From assembly GCA_033762915.1 (NCBI GenBank), contig JANRLD010000016.1, forward strand, positions 1 to 54,922: 54,922 bases of DNA, written 5' to 3'. The translations under genes and the position numbers were made by a program. Below the pieces are notes generated by a model, which did no database searches, had not been told where the DNA came from, and saw only the letters and a list, made by a program, of their open reading frames with translations. This DNA is from Meiothermus sp. GTDB taxonomy: Bacteria > Deinococcota > Deinococci > Deinococcales > Thermaceae. Every line of letters begins with the position of its first letter. The first letter of the stretch is position 1. Below, in pieces: positions 54,531-54,922 of this stretch.

Positions 54531-54777
54531 AGGGGAAAGAAACTTGAGCTGCGGGTTCATTTTTTTCAGGTGGGTTCCTCAAGCGCGTATACGCTCCTGT
54601 GGTTCTCAAAACCGCAGACCAAGCCCCAGCTTTCCCGTCTAGATCGAGGTCGCCGGACTCCAAGTTGATGCCGTGAAGGGCAAGGTCTACGGTAAGCGCT
54701 TCTTGATGACCTGCTACCCTACCGGTCACAAAATGTACTGTATCGGCACTTGGTCAACCCAAGTCGGTCTCTCGAGC

Positions 54778-54922
54778 CTATACCTCCCGCCGCTCGACCA
54801 GCGTCATTATGGAATACAGCGCCACCGCCTTGCCGTCCTGGTTGAAAATCTGCACGTCCCACTCCACCACGCCGGTGGCCTTTTCCCCCGGCTTGGGGTC
54901 TTTGGCGGTCTTCTTCTTCACC
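54778..54922 (-). CDS. paaZ: 3' end of PaaZ (MaoC dehydratase domain), partial
   Basis: KKKTAKDPKPGEKATGVVEWDVQIFNQDGKAVALYSIMTLVERREV* closely resembles the PaaZ C-terminus. Confidence 0.75.
   Translation of the reverse strand, partial: VKKKTAKDPKPGEKATGVVEWDVQIFNQDGKAVALYSIMTLVERREV

Noticed and set aside
54520..54729. 69-aa minus-strand ORF after paaZ
   Set aside because: No RBS or motif, overlaps the convergent gene end; at most a lower-GC relic

Overview
GC-rich chromosomal window from a Thermaceae bacterium. Thermus-like TyrRS, caa3 and AroA, TANNNT-leaderless starts and a very large CTCGAG excess point to Meiothermus/Calidithermus (inference). From left to right it holds: (1) the decayed right end of a tRNA-Arg(TCT)-integrated element, with a Rha/Bro-DinD antirepressor pseudogene and a 3' tRNA fragment as att site; (2) a lipoprotein nuclease and a lexA-imuY-small ORF-dnaE2-SRAP mutagenesis cassette; (3) tyrS; (4) ccmB, ccmCDEFGH, a CycH-cytochrome c fusion and a Rieske gene; (5) an orphan TAXI receptor, a GNAT and two tandem paralogous small proteins; (6) a sugar ABC/oxidoreductase operon interrupted by a HIT pseudogene; (7) ctaA-ctaB-caaA-caaB; (8) an OmpR-type two-component system divergent from DUF1800-DUF1501; (9) an AT-rich foreign lipoprotein; (10) an ABC-2 exporter, Uma2, an Fn3-DUF4832 lipoprotein, cmk-aroA, small conserved genes and the 3' end of paaZ. 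The most notable unannotated signals are a strand-specific structured antisense RNA candidate with its own extended -10 between lexA and imuY, a 24-bp palindromic operator candidate at lexA, four copies of a ~100-bp structured MITE-like repeat with a compensatory base change, HIP1-like CTCGAG iteration, a hydrolase fused to an FBXO31/EXECUTER-like (DUF3506) domain, and shared TTAAG-N6-TTAAG boxes that suggest a local regulon. All family assignments come from motif recognition by eye; no searches were run.
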